DNA of 37,978 nucleotides, from NCBI GenBank assembly GCA_002633005.1, contig NMRA01001225.1, forward strand, positions 1 to 37,978, written 5' to 3'. Position 1 is the stretch's first letter, and each line of letters begins with the position of its first letter. The DNA is from Phoronis australis (lineage: Eukaryota > Animalia > Phoronida). The translations under genes were made by a program, and so were the position numbers. The notes beneath the pieces are model-generated. The model ran no database searches. It saw nothing but the letters and a program-made list of their open reading frames with translations, and was not told where the DNA came from. Below, piece by piece: positions 10,961 through 23,400 of the stretch.

Positions 10961-12743
10961 TGTGTAGTAGACATTGCCTAAGTGCGCAGTTCGGGGTCGT
11001 TTTCTTAGTAGAAAAGTGAGGTCGAGCGTAATCAATCACAAAGGCAATGAACACTTAGTCTTAGACGTCAACACTATAGGACAGGCATGAAAATTCCCTC
11101 CACCACTAATTTGATTACATTAAGTTAGGCTAAGTCTTGCAAATAGAAAACTCATGAATGAGTATTAGAAAATGAAGTGGATAGGCGTACTACGGATGTG
11201 AGATTAATTCAAATAGATGAAAGTCAACGAAGTAAACAATTTGTACATGTGTAGAACATGAATATTGGGATGAAAAGATATTGCCAGTTACATTGTCTTG
11301 TTACACATGACGCCGCCCGAGTCAAATAGAGCTCTAAGTCATTACGATACTCGTTTGCCTGGCCACATTAGCATGAACGTCAATGGTTTGAAACAACTTA
11401 AAAACCGTGGCAACCGACATAGGCGTGGGGCCGGGGAAAGTCGAGAAAATGACGAGAAAGACTGCGAAATACAGATAAGTGAGAAAATTCAAGAGAACAT
11501 CTAACAACTCTACATCAATGTATGGTTCACCTTTTGAGGACCGTGGTCAGGATATTGTCGTTAGGGTCGTCTAAACGCACTGGAAAACGTGCACGAAATC
11601 AGTCATATATTTCGAAAAATCGAGAAAATTTGTAAAACGAAGCTTTTGCGGAGCTTACTAATTTGCTGTATTTTTAAATTCAATAAGTCAATTTTGCGAC
11701 TGCAAAAGTATATTTCTCCAGATGCCCTTCTCTGGCACGGGATAACGGAGACAACTTTCGCGTCATTTTTCTCTCGAAACTGTAGCCTATGTACTTGACA
11801 AAAATTGATGACCTGACAGATAACCACCAATTGCTGCGCATTTCCTGATCTTTGAAAATACAGATATTTTCATATTTAGGGGCCCCGCCTTTGAAGGAGG
11901 CTTTTGATGGCATTCAAGTGGCCAACCTTTTTGTGTTTTTATTGACAGATTCTTAAGGGGCCGCTCACGGAGAGAGGGTCCAATGTTGGAATCAATTACC
12001 TCTATTTTCCTTTTTTGTGAAATCTTGCAACTGACTTTCATGTTGAAAGAGTCACTCCCTACATCGTTTTGGGACCACACGACGGTGGAATGCACTGTCA
12101 CCCTTTTTTCCAAGCTTAAAGGTGTTTAGCCTTTCATCTTAAGGTATGCCATTTCATACGGTACTCTCTCTCCATGGAGCAGTTCAGGGATAGACTATTG
12201 TCCCTTTGTCAATCTATACATGTAGATCCGACACTGCCAAGTATTCACGATGGAAGTTGAGTTTCAAAATTCATCAAAAAAACACAAAACATCCTTGCAC
12301 AGCACAGCCATTCGACCCAAATAACGAAAAATGTGAAAAAATACAATGGGATTGCCGCCATTTTAAGGGTGGAATTTTGAAGAAAGTGAAGACCACTATT
12401 TGTGAATTACACAAAAGGACTATTTTCGATGGTTAATTAGCACGGGTAGCAGCTAGTGGGAAACGCCGAGGGGAAATAGCTACATGTACACCTAAGAGTG
12501 AACCGATCGAGTGTTCATCGCAAGAGAATACTTCTTGAAGAGACGGTGTTCAAAGCTTCAAGCAGAATTTCTGTCACCTGTCAGATTTTAGTAGGCAATT
12601 AAGATGTGCGACTCTGGGATTCTTCCTCTAGGCAGCACACAATTTCTTTCCAGAACATTTGACCCTGCCGTAACACAAAGTACGGTAATCAGATATTCTT
12701 CTGTTTAAAGTGAAAACTAAGAATACACAAAATATATAGATGT

Positions 12744-12897
12744 CAGTGACTGATTTAGAGGGGGCCATGCCCCCCCCCCCATAAAATTCTCCCAGCTTCC
12801 ATTTGGCAGTTCGGGGGTGCGAATGTCTGAAGGGCAAAATTCTGGCTAATACTCTATTTGCCGTGCCCCCCAACTCAAAATCCTGGATACGCCCCTG
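12744..12897. mobile_element. Short MITE (hAT-like termini)
   Basis: CAGTGACTGATTTAG...CTGGATACGCCCCTG with 5-bp duplication GATGT; absent from the opposite palindrome arm. Confidence 0.55.
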
Positions 12898-14320
12898 GAT
12901 GTATTTACAAAAGTTGCATCATAAATGTACATACTGAGGTAGAAAGCCAGCTAGCTGTATGAAGACTGTCGTCAACATACAGCTAGGTAGCTGTGTGTAG
13001 ACCTCCGTTAGACAACGAAATAGATTATATTTGACAATTTGAAGCTAATCTTGTAAGAATTGATGATGTTTCAGTGAATGTAATTACAGACTGAAGTTAG
13101 AAAAACTCTATAATCCGATCCCCAAATAGTAAAGTACACTTATAGACGATTTTTGCATATCTAAAATAACCCTCAAGACATTGATTAAATTCGGATTCAC
13201 AAATCGTAAATAGAAAAAAAAACGTTTTAAAAATCCTCAAATATATAAAATTAAACTCATTAGTTGAAAAGATTGTCTTTGCATTTGCTTGGTATTTTTA
13301 GTTTCCAGTAGTATTGAGCAATGAATTTTTGTTCTTCAAAACTGAATTGATTGCTTGTCCTGATTCGCGTGCACGTCATGACTGACGTACCCATGTTAAA
13401 AATAAGATGTAAACCTGCAGTAGGCCCGGCGCGCAAAATCTCAGTGATCCACGGGAACTGAATTTGAACTCCAGGCGTTCAGGAAGTGTGTGCATTTTTG
13501 GGACACACTATCCTTTTCCCTGGCCACCAGAAACTGGACTACCGGTCGTATTTCAACTAGGCATTTTGAAACAGCCCCAAACGCACTATACCAGGGGCTT
13601 CGCCCCGTTCTCTGGATGTCACCAGTACCGACCCCTCTCGTCCGCCATAGGTGGGTTGAGGGGTAATACATAAGATGTAGCCATCGGGATTTGAGTTGCC
13701 GTGAACAATAAAGTTTCACGGACAGTAAGAATGGATATAGGGTCAGCGCACTTACGGGTATCTGGGATCCAACAGTGGATTCAATGATCTAGAGCTAGTC
13801 GCTGGTCTGGTCAGCTATGATTCACTTGAAACAGGCTTTGCTCGTACCTATCCATTTGCGCTAGCTCTAAGGTCAAAACTCGTTTTATTATGATCAACTT
13901 TCGGGAAAAGTTCATTTTATCATGGCCATACTTTGAAGGATTTTTTGGAAAGGTGAGGTCCCGAGGTCCTTGATATGAGTGCCTTTGTGGCCGTTTCAAA
14001 ATCCCTTGATGAAACACAGCCGGTAGTCCACTTTCTTGAGGCTGGGGGGAAATGATACAGAGTGTGTCCCAAAATGTACACACTTCAACGCCTGGAGTTC
14101 AAATAATATTCAGCTCCCTTGGATCACTGAGATTCTGCGCAGGCTCCCTGCATAGTTATATCTTATTTTTATCGTTGGTGCGTCAGTCATGACGTGCTCC
14201 GAGTGTGTAGTATGCACAGGAATGGAAAGCAAATGATTCAGTTTTGAAGAAAAAATCATTGCGCAATACTATTCGAAACTAAAATCAAGTAATTGCAAAG
14301 AGAACTTGTCCCAGTTGATA

Positions 14321-15030
14321 AGCAATAAGTTTAATTTTATTCATTTAAATACTTGAACTTCTTCGATCTGCGGTTTGTGAAATTAAACCCAATAATTTAC
14401 TTCTTAAGTCAATAAACAATTTATTGTCAGTTGAATTGTGAGAAATTTCAGCACACTTGTAGAGCTGTCCGACATTCATCAATATCTTTGGGAATTCTTC
14501 CAGATAGACAAATCAAATCGTTTAGTGTACTTTTATATTTGGGGATCTGACGATAGATCGAATTTTCCCAATGTGTGCTTGCAACTAAGTTCCATGAAGT
14601 ATTGATCCTAATTGTAAAAAATCATCTGTCAATCAGCTCATTTTTGTAAATACATAAACATGTAATTCAAAAACCAACAATCAAATCCATGAGCAATAAG
14701 TTTACCTTGATTTAATGACTTAATTCCTTTTTGATCTCCTGTTCAGGAGTTTAAACGAAAATCTTGAACCGAAGTCAAAAAGCAATGCATTTATTGTCAT
14801 TTGAGTTGTGAGTAAATTTTTGGGAATTGTCCAAATTTCATCAATGTCTTTGAGAGTTATTTTAGATAGGCAAGAAGCGTCCAAGTGCAGTTTACTATTT
14901 GGGGATCTGAGTTTTTTTCATATTCAGGCTTCAACTAAATTCATTGCAACATCATCATTTCTTAAAATATTAGCTTTTAATTGTCAAAAATCACCTATTA
15001 ACCGGCAGGTTATCGTTGATAAATAAACAT
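14321..15030. repeat. Diverged tandem duplication (~370-bp unit x2) in the right palindrome arm
   Basis: AGCAATAAGTTTA...TTTATTGTCA.TTGA.TTGTGAG...ATTTGGGGATCTGA...TAAACATGTAA repeated twice. Confidence 0.65.
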
Positions 15031-17964
15031 GTAAATCAGAAACCAACCATTCGTTTATCAAAACGGAATGTTATAAGCAATTTCGGCACGCACGATCGCA
15101 GGCTTTTGACGGGTAACCCGGGGAACATGGGAGATGAAGCATTCATATTAAGGTGCATTTTGCTCATTTCCGAGGTACTTATAACGGTTCACGAGTTTAA
15201 GTTGAACTCCAAAAAAAAAAACAAGCTGAAATATTTGTTTATTATTGCGAGTATTTTGAGCACCCCCGTTCGACATGTACACGGTCATCACAAATCGTAG
15301 CCCCCAGTCTTTTCGACATTTGTTAATTCATTACCAACAGTTCCTAGTAACAACCTTCAAAAGAAATACTATTCTTGTGATACTATTGGGAAAATATAAC
15401 ATTATTTATAACTAACCATCAGAAGTAGCCTCTTTGTGTAATTCAAAAATAGTGATCTTCACATTCTTCAAAATTCAAACTTTTTGATGGTGGTCATTCC
15501 TATTGTATTTTTTACATTTTTGTTTTTTGGGTAGAAAGTTTTGATGCTGCTGTGCTGTGCACGGTTCTTTTGTGTTTTTTGATGACTTTGGAATCTCAAC
15601 TTGGCAGTGTCAGATTTACCCGAGCCTCCCCACCGAGAGGGGGCGCCGTCTGAAATGGAACACCTAAGATGAAAGACTACACATCATTAAGCTTCAAAAC
15701 GAGTGACATTTCATTCCATTGTCGGGTGACCTTGCAAGAAGGGACTTTCCTCAGCATGAAAGCCGGTTGTACGATTTCACAAAAAATAGGAAAATTGAGA
15801 TAATCGATTCCAACATTGGACCCTCTCCAGTTCATGAGCGGCCCGTTAAGAATTTGCCAATCAAAACACGAAAAGGATGGCTACATGAATGTCATCCATG
15901 ATGGTCCTCTTCAAGAGCAGGGCCCCTAAATGTGAAAAGATCTCTATCTTCATAAGTTAGGAAATGCGCATCAATTTTCTCAAGTGATACACAATTTAGA
16001 GAAAAAAACACACGAAAAAATAGAGCGACAGATGTCTTTGTTATCCCTTGCTAGAGAAGGGGCTTTGGAAAATATAATTTTGCATTGCTGCATTTGCACA
16101 ACAATCTTATTGAATTTAAAAATACAGTGAATTAATATTCCCCGCAAAAGCTTTGCTTTACGAATTTTTTCGAATTTTCGAAATTCGTGTATTAATGATA
16201 AAGTGCACGTTTTCAATTGCGTTTAGACGATCTACATGTATGCAGCAAAAACGGAGTCGTAGTCTTTCTTTTCTCGACTGTCCCCCAAGCCTATATCGGT
16301 TGCCATGGTTTAACCCTGACTCCTGTAATTTTTTTGGGCCCCCCGTTTCCTATGGCCCTGCAGTAAACGTATGCCTCAAGACCCCCTCCCTGTTAACATT
16401 TCGGCACTACAATACTTGGCCCAACACTAACTGCAGAGCAATGTTGTACGTTTTTGGAGGGTGTCATTGACATTTGACTGATTTGGTCACGGTGGCAATT
16501 AACAATTTGCATTGAAATCGCTCCTATGAAAACAATTCATGTCCCTCGCTTTCCCCCACAACTGCCCAGAGTTACACAAACTTGTGATAGAGTGATTATA
16601 ACTCTTTTCAAAACAGCCGGCCTACAAAACGCACATTTTTCTGTCCAATTTTAAAAATCGTTTCAATCGAAAGGGATGCTGAAATTTGACATTAAATTAC
16701 AGAATTTGAGATTTAAGAGTAATTTATCAAGATGGGTGTAACATTTTGTCCAGGCTCGAATTCTGTACCATTGGTTACATTAGGGGTATTTGGTTAGAGT
16801 CATCAGTGATTGAGGAAAGAGACATCCTTCTCATGACTTCTAGTCCTGAACCTGGCTGATTCATTTTTCTTTTTTTTCATCCGAACCCAAACGATCCAAG
16901 CCAATTGTGCCATATTTACGTTGTGGGCGGGCCCTCTGACTCTTTCGGGCACCGGGATTATGCCCCCTGCCCCCCNNNNNNNNNCAAGTAGTTAAGCCAA
17001 GTCACTCCAACCGCCACTGCAGAGTGAATTACCTTACGTATCTATTACGTAACAGACTCGAAACTATAAGGCCAATCAAGGTTGTCGACTACGCTTTTTA
17101 CTAAGGGCGGTGTTCTTCTGAGAACTCCACAGAGTCGGCCCATTATGGACATAAACCGAATACAAATTATCCCTTTATAGACTCAGTTTACCAAACGAAC
17201 CCTTTACCTCTCGAGCACTACGGGCAACCAAGGATGGGAGTAGAAAGTGAGGGTCACGTGCCCTGGCCATTGTTGAGCCATTTTTGCTACATGAATTGCA
17301 CTTTATCATTCGTGCGTGTATTTCGAAAAAGCTTTTGGGGAAAATACTAATTCATTGGATTTTTAAACCTTAAAAAATCCAAAGAACAAGGAGACAATTT
17401 TAGGGACTGTAGAACTACATGTATATTTCCCAAGTGACCTTTAGTTCTTTGTTAAAGGATAATGGAGTCATCTGTGGCTCTCTTTTTCGTTTTTTTTTCT
17501 CAGAATTGTATATCACTTCATAAAAATTGAGAACCTGAGTTATTACATCGATTGCTGGCCAGTTACTATTGTTTTTGTTTTTTAAAAGTTATTCTTTTCA
17601 TGATTAGAGGCTCAGTACCGTATAACCGTACAGAGTAGGGTTAATGTACTCAAATTAAGTAATATACTGGCAATCAAAGATTTCAGCAAGTTCAACTCAT
17701 AAACCGTAATAGCTAGCTCTGAAATGAACCAAAAGTACACGTTGACACGAATAAATTCGGAGCATTTCTACCTGTAACCGGTGTCCTTGAATAGACCACA
17801 CGTATTCAGGCAGGTTTGAAAGCGGCGGTGCCGAACAAAAGTTTGTTGAAATGCTACAATACACTAAATTGATACCTGCAGCTTCATCGTCGGCTGTTAA
17901 CGTAGAGCTCATGGTAGCGTGAGAATCACCTCAGAGAGGCAGCGCCTAGTACCATTTTTGCTAG

Positions 17965-18042
17965 CAGTAACATTTGTCAGGCGGAAGTCACTCACATGGA
18001 ACAGTTAGAGTGTTTTATCACAGTAAGTGGTCCGTAGTGTGT
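17965..18042 (+). pseudogene. Possible relic of an SRCR-domain exon start
   Basis: Acceptor ccatttttgctag then LSGGSHSHGTVRVFYHSKWSVVC, similar to the SRCR N-terminus (LVGG..EGRVEV.HNG.WGTVC); frameshifted and truncated. Confidence 0.3.
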
Positions 18043-18960
18043 TCATCAGTTACCGTGACGTCCGGAGGTCAACAAGGACACGGCAATAACGCGTCCAGGA
18101 TCACGAATCTGAATATCGTCGTGAAACACAGCCGGGACATCAAGTTTTCCAGTGTGTATACTCATGCTTTCTTGGCACGAGACAAGGGTGTTCATTAAAG
18201 GAAAAAGCAACTAACTGCTTTTTGTGTAACGCTAGGCAACGCAAAAGAACAAATGCCGAGTTTCCGCTTTAAGTAGTGTTCCCCTGGTGTGAATTTACCA
18301 TCCATGCAACAAAAAATGACGTAAGCGGTCTGGCAAAAGGCTCTCAAAGATTTTGGCTCTACGATAAATAAACGTGGTTACGATACTCCTTATCAAACAC
18401 TGCAGGCCATTTGTGTGGTGCCGTGCTCCGTCAATGGAAATGAATACTATCAGCCAACCAAGGTGCTGGCCCTTTGTCGGGCCGTTTACTTGACACTTTC
18501 TTGATCCATATGGATCACCCAGGGAACAGTAATTTTAATTAAGTTAAAAATCGAGGCTGAAAATGCATTGTCAACGACCCCCGATGATCAGTGAGAAGTC
18601 CACGCACAATCGGTGTCCATTGGATAGTGAGGTGGTTAGCGAGGGTCTATGCAGGATTGTTGGTCGTGAACTTTCGTACACCGTGCCAAACGCACAATGG
18701 CATGTAAAGGGCATGCCTGCAAGATATACAAAGTGATCTACATTTTTACTAGGGTAACATCAAAAACGGTTGCTTTGATCACCCGTTTGAGCCATTGTTG
18801 TTTACCTTACATTTGAAACAATCTTAGCAATGGGCTAGTATTTTTTTAGAAATGCAAATAGCCTGTGCGCTGACTCACCAGTTAAACTGATGTGACTTAT
18901 GTTCACCGCTTTAGATAAATTTGGTCAGGAATTGGGTATGAGTTTGGTAGTGAACACCAA

Positions 18961-19092
18961 CTGAAACCATGATGGTGTTAAAAAGCGGATGTCGCTGAAG
19001 CCATAGTGGGTGTTAAAAAGCGGTTGTCCTTGAAGCCCATGCTGGTGTTCAGAAGTGGAAAACTGGTGGTGTCTTAGAAGCGTTTTACAGTA
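18961..19092. repeat. Short tandem repeat (~34-bp unit, GGTGTTAAAAAGCGG core) ending in TTTTACAGT; possible CACTA-type terminus relic
   Basis: Three to four decaying units visible; no partner end found. Confidence 0.4.
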
Positions 19093-20368
19093 AAATGTTC
19101 TATCTTACATGGTTGTGTTCATACGATCACTCTAAATTATAAAGTGTGAACGTACCACGGCTACAAAGACCATGCATTAGACTAGCTTATTTCTGCTAAA
19201 TGATGCGGCGTTCGAGCGAATGTGCAGGAAGATCATTGCCGTTATTTACTAAGTCTATCGTTGAATTTATCACATAATGTGAGACTTCTCAAAATGCCTC
19301 CTCAAAACACTGGCAATTGAATGACTTGGAGAAAATGGTCGTTATTCACGAAATTTGTCTTCTTCACTGGACTCTACATTGTCAAATTCATGGATTATTC
19401 GCAAACAACTCACAACTATTTATTCTTACATTTTTTGACAACTATAATAATAAGGTATTTAGTATTTCCAAGGTTTGTATCCTAAAATATATTTTCATGA
19501 ACAGCGATTGAATTTAATTTAGAAATTACCTCAATTGCCGGGCACAGATTAAGCCAAAAATCATAGCCGGTGCAGTGGTCTGTTTTTCAACTGTTTTTGG
19601 CAATCAATTGGTATGTCCCCTTACTGTAGTTACTCACAATTTCAAAGAAGAAAATACACCTGATCCATCAAAAATGATGATGAAGTTTGAAAAAAAAAAC
19701 ACTGGGGAAAGCAAAAAAAAAAAACCACGTGACCTCAGCTGAAGTTAGTGATGCAGGTTGATGAGTGCATGTCCATCAATGATGAGTCGTCAGTATAGTC
19801 GTGGGTCCGCACCGAGAACCAGATTTGACTGAGCTTTGGGCTTATGCCCACTGGGAAATTTTCGCTGTTAAAATCACAAATTCTTAATTGATGAAGACAG
19901 ACACTGCATTAATTAATGACTCGCTTGGGTGATTAGGAAACTAGTGTTCCGCGAACTTAGTATAGTGGCTCACCGCGCGGTCAGCGGACCACTGAGCCGA
20001 AAGGCGCTAGGATTTCTTCTTCCAAAAATCATAAGCAACGTTGTTTTTTAAATGATCTGCCTACGGCCTTTAGAACTCAGAGTTCTATGCGGTACGAGAG
20101 ATAAAATTGACTGCTTGATTGAAAATCCGGGGCCTACTACTCCGGCACTTTCATTTACCGGCAAGCTGCGTTTCTACGTGGATCACCGAGTATTTACGGA
20201 AATGTCCGATCATAGAGCGACTTCCTTTGGACGCGAGCACCTTTGACCTTCTCACATGATCTGTTGAAACAAAACATGAAAAGTACGTGTTCCACAACTG
20301 ACAAAGTAGACGGATTTTGGCTGCGGCTATCTCTTCAATCGTCTGTCTGTCTTACGTGATGTAAAATA

Positions 20369-20401
20369 ATGACTGAATCCGGACAATTTCCTTACGTTTG
20401 G
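20369..20401 (+). CDS. Slob: Slob-like exon 1 (MTESGQFPYVW)
   Basis: ATG preceded by an in-frame TGA at 20357-20359; donor TGG|gtaaga in phase 0, matching the exon 2 acceptor. Confidence 0.65.
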
Positions 20402-23400
20402 GTAAGAATTTGACTTCCATAAATCGTCATTCGTCAACAAGGCACTGCGATGTGTTCTAGTCTAACTACGGTGGTCACGGTCTGTTCTCAAACAAGCTAT
20501 TCTGACAAAATGATCGTCACTGACTAGTAACAGTTTAAACAAAGACATTCACTGTTCTGACTTCACTGGTATGTTGGATCGCGGTATGGGTATCTGTAAT
20601 TTGGACACCGCTGGGTGCTGTTTAGTCACTTCCAAATTAACTAAACAATCGAGTATGTCCAGTCAGGCCCCTATCAGATTTCTCAGAAAATTTCCTTGTG
20701 GCGGCTGGTATTTTTTGGAATCTCTACAAAAATACGATAAGTTACTTGGGTTGTTTCTGATCGGAAGTCGAAATCAGAAATCCGGACCAGCACATTGCAA
20801 ATACAATTGAGTGGAATCTTATGTTATGAACAAATTGCAGACTTCATAGATCAGGTGTACCATCGATAAATGCAAAGTTGGCTACCATCGCATTAAGTTA
20901 TTTACAGCAGATGTATATTACTGCCACGTACCCTTATGTCATGAACTGTGCACCAAGAGAAAAACTTCGATGTTCTTAACAAAATGAATGTTCATAGTTG
21001 GTACATCATTACTATTACATAGTATAAGAGAGAGAGAGAGTAGTTACCTATTGGCGACCTGTAAGTTTGCAGACCTAGCTTCTAATTCCGAGCCCGTCCT
21101 GGGCCCTTTGTCGGGGTGCTTGCGGGAATCTTCGAGTTACTTGGCTGCCAGTGGGTGGTCCTTAATGGTTGCCCAATACCTCTTGGTGGCTGCTACTTGT
21201 GAGTATCAGGTGCTGGTGAATAGCTGGTGGATCGTATCCTCTGTCTCTGTTGGTTTATTGCTCATGATTTCGACTGCTTCTCTAATTTTACGATTGCAAT
21301 ATTTCTAGAGAAAATTGTAAAATCAGAGAAGCAGTTCATCATTTTGGTAAGCTGTAGGCCTACGGCAGGAAGACAGCATTTTTGGAGTGACACCATGGTA
21401 TTTTGGGATATAATCTATTTAAAGCTTGATCTGACTCTTACATTTCAGATTCTCGTTGCAGCTGGTGTGGTTGTCCTACTGCTTACTGTGTTGTTGGTAT
21501 GGTGCTGTTGCCGTCTCAGGTAAGAATAGTGCCAGGTATTGTCTACCTGAACTTGGTGTGGTGATTTAATGCTGTGTGTGGTGACATTATGCTGTACCGT
21601 ACTGGTCGGAACTCATTTGTTATACGTGTAACTCTTTTTTTCGCTTTCTGAAGATAAGAGTACTACTGTAGGTTTACTTATCTGGCCTCATTGATAGGGT
21701 GAAGTTTTGATAGTGAAATACTAGTTCAATACATATTTTGTGGCTTAGGGGATAAAGTATCTATTCTGAGAAAATGTAACAATATCAGCCAGTGCTGCAA
21801 AACAACTGTGAAATTGAAACCTGAAAAATGCATCATACAGTCGTGTAAATTATAGTTTCCTTTTCATTTTGAGGCACTTTTAAGTTTTTATGTCAAATTC
21901 CTATTTTGCTAGCGTTTTGTGCAAAAGTAGAAAACAATTCATAAACAAAGTATCTGAAGCTTTCTTCAAATCTAATCAGCCATTTCTGACATATGATGTT
22001 TGTAAAGTACGGTAGTCCAGTGTGGACATCTTGCTTGGGATTCTCTTATTGCCGTAATGTTATGCACAACGTTATTGACAAGTCTGTATATTTATTCAAA
22101 TATAGGAATTAACTTTGGAAAAGTATGCATTTTCCGAAAGTAAAAATTCCACAGCATTGGATTTTTTACCAATGTGCCACTAATTAGGTGACCTTGCTTT
22201 TTGGATTTGTTTTCAAAAAAGAAGGGCACATTCGTAGCAAAAGAACATGATCAATAATAACATTGACTTAATTTCGTATGTTATAAATGTTCAAGAAAAA
22301 ATCTCAAAACAGTTATTGTTCTTTAAATTATTTTTTCATTTTTGTTTTATGCAACTTGAAACTTTTTCATAAAAATCACATAAGCCCTTAGCTATTTTTG
22401 AAAGCTCTTCATCTAAAAGTGGAACATTTTAAAAACAGTGGGAACAGCATACAAAGCATAGTATCGGATATCCATGTGAATCCAGTCGGCCATTTCTGAG
22501 ACACGGTGTTCGAAGGATGGCCAAAATTGGAATTTTTCTAGAGTACTATGTAGCCATTTCCCTGTACACGTGATCAGATCCATTTTATGGTTGATTGATG
22601 TGAAATCTACAGCTGATGTGAACTGTCAGGGATGTATGCTGTTGTGCGAGTGAGGAGAAATGAAATGAAATCTGTGGATATTGCATACAGCAGTGTTTTC
22701 AACAAAAGACATTTAGAGCATTTACCTGCTTTCAAGACCTGATCAACTGAAGTCAGGTTCAATCGTTTCAAGAAAAATAAACAATTTAATTTAATTATTG
22801 TGATCACACGAGTTTCTTCTGTTTTAGGCATTACCGTCGCTATGACTACACAGCATTGCGAGACGACCTTGAACTTCCAGCCAAAATGGAGCTGGAAAGA
22901 AGAATACAGCAAGACCAACTCAGAGGTAGTTGCTATGTCTAGTAAGATGTACGCCCCGCCCCATAGGTCTAAACACACTGTAAAAGCTTGATTTATTCAG
23001 ACTGATGAGCTCTATCACAGCTCACTTGGTATGCAATATTTCTAAATGGATTTATCTTCATCTATTCTTGTTGTTGATTTGTATATTGTATTTCATTAGA
23101 CAAAATATTTTGAACACACAACAATGTTCCGCTTTATTGTTGAGCTGCGAATCACCGTTGAAGTTTCAGAGGGCTAGAGCGAGTAACTTGAAAATTATTA
23201 ATCGTGAAAATTGTGTGATCAACAAATTTTGTATTCTCGAGGGGCAATTAACTGTCAAGTTATTCTGACTAATTCATTGTAAAACATATTGATTACTTTA
23301 TTATGCATTTCTTGCACCAAACAATCTATCAAAATCAATTTATATTTGACTAATAAGTTATATTTGACTTAATTTACAAATTTTATCCCCTACTTCGTAA

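Larger units (their letters stand above)
8762..11050 (-). mobile_element. Decayed APE-type non-LTR retrotransposon (CR1/L2-like), 5' part with 2A motif and endonuclease N-half
   Basis: LKVLFTNINSVK, IIAICES, GRGMIVFVHNS, FYHLPS, IVINEDFNAR (APE motifs, with stops); upstream LLTAGDIEVNPGP; partly within the N gap. The 5' boundary is approximate. Confidence 0.75.
11398..16313. repeat. Large diverged inverted repeat/foldback structure, arms about 11398-13595 and 13965-16313
   Basis: Mirror-ordered matches, e.g. 11401-11465/16255-16313, 11570-12435/15413-16230, 13020-13150/14880-15000, 13250-13595/13965-14335. Confidence 0.8.

Noticed and set aside
17697-17912. Minus-strand first exon MSSTLTADDEAAG... 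with ACCATG context
   Set aside because: No recognisable domain and no supportable downstream exons in the window.
19958-20012. Structured ncRNA (GCCGAAAGGC GNRA hairpin followed by CTAG)
   Set aside because: Too short to assign; more likely a Helitron-type 3' end relic, as is the small hairpin at 37168-37180.
21227-21448. ATG 21395 (MVFWDIIYLK...) or the ORF from 21227 as the gene start
   Set aside because: It lies at the edge of an antisense Penelope relic, and a strong acceptor at 21448 is phase-matched to a good upstream exon; kept only as a possible minor isoform.
23001-23030. Hammerhead at CTGATGAGCTCTATCACAGCTC
   Set aside because: No GAAA core after stem II.
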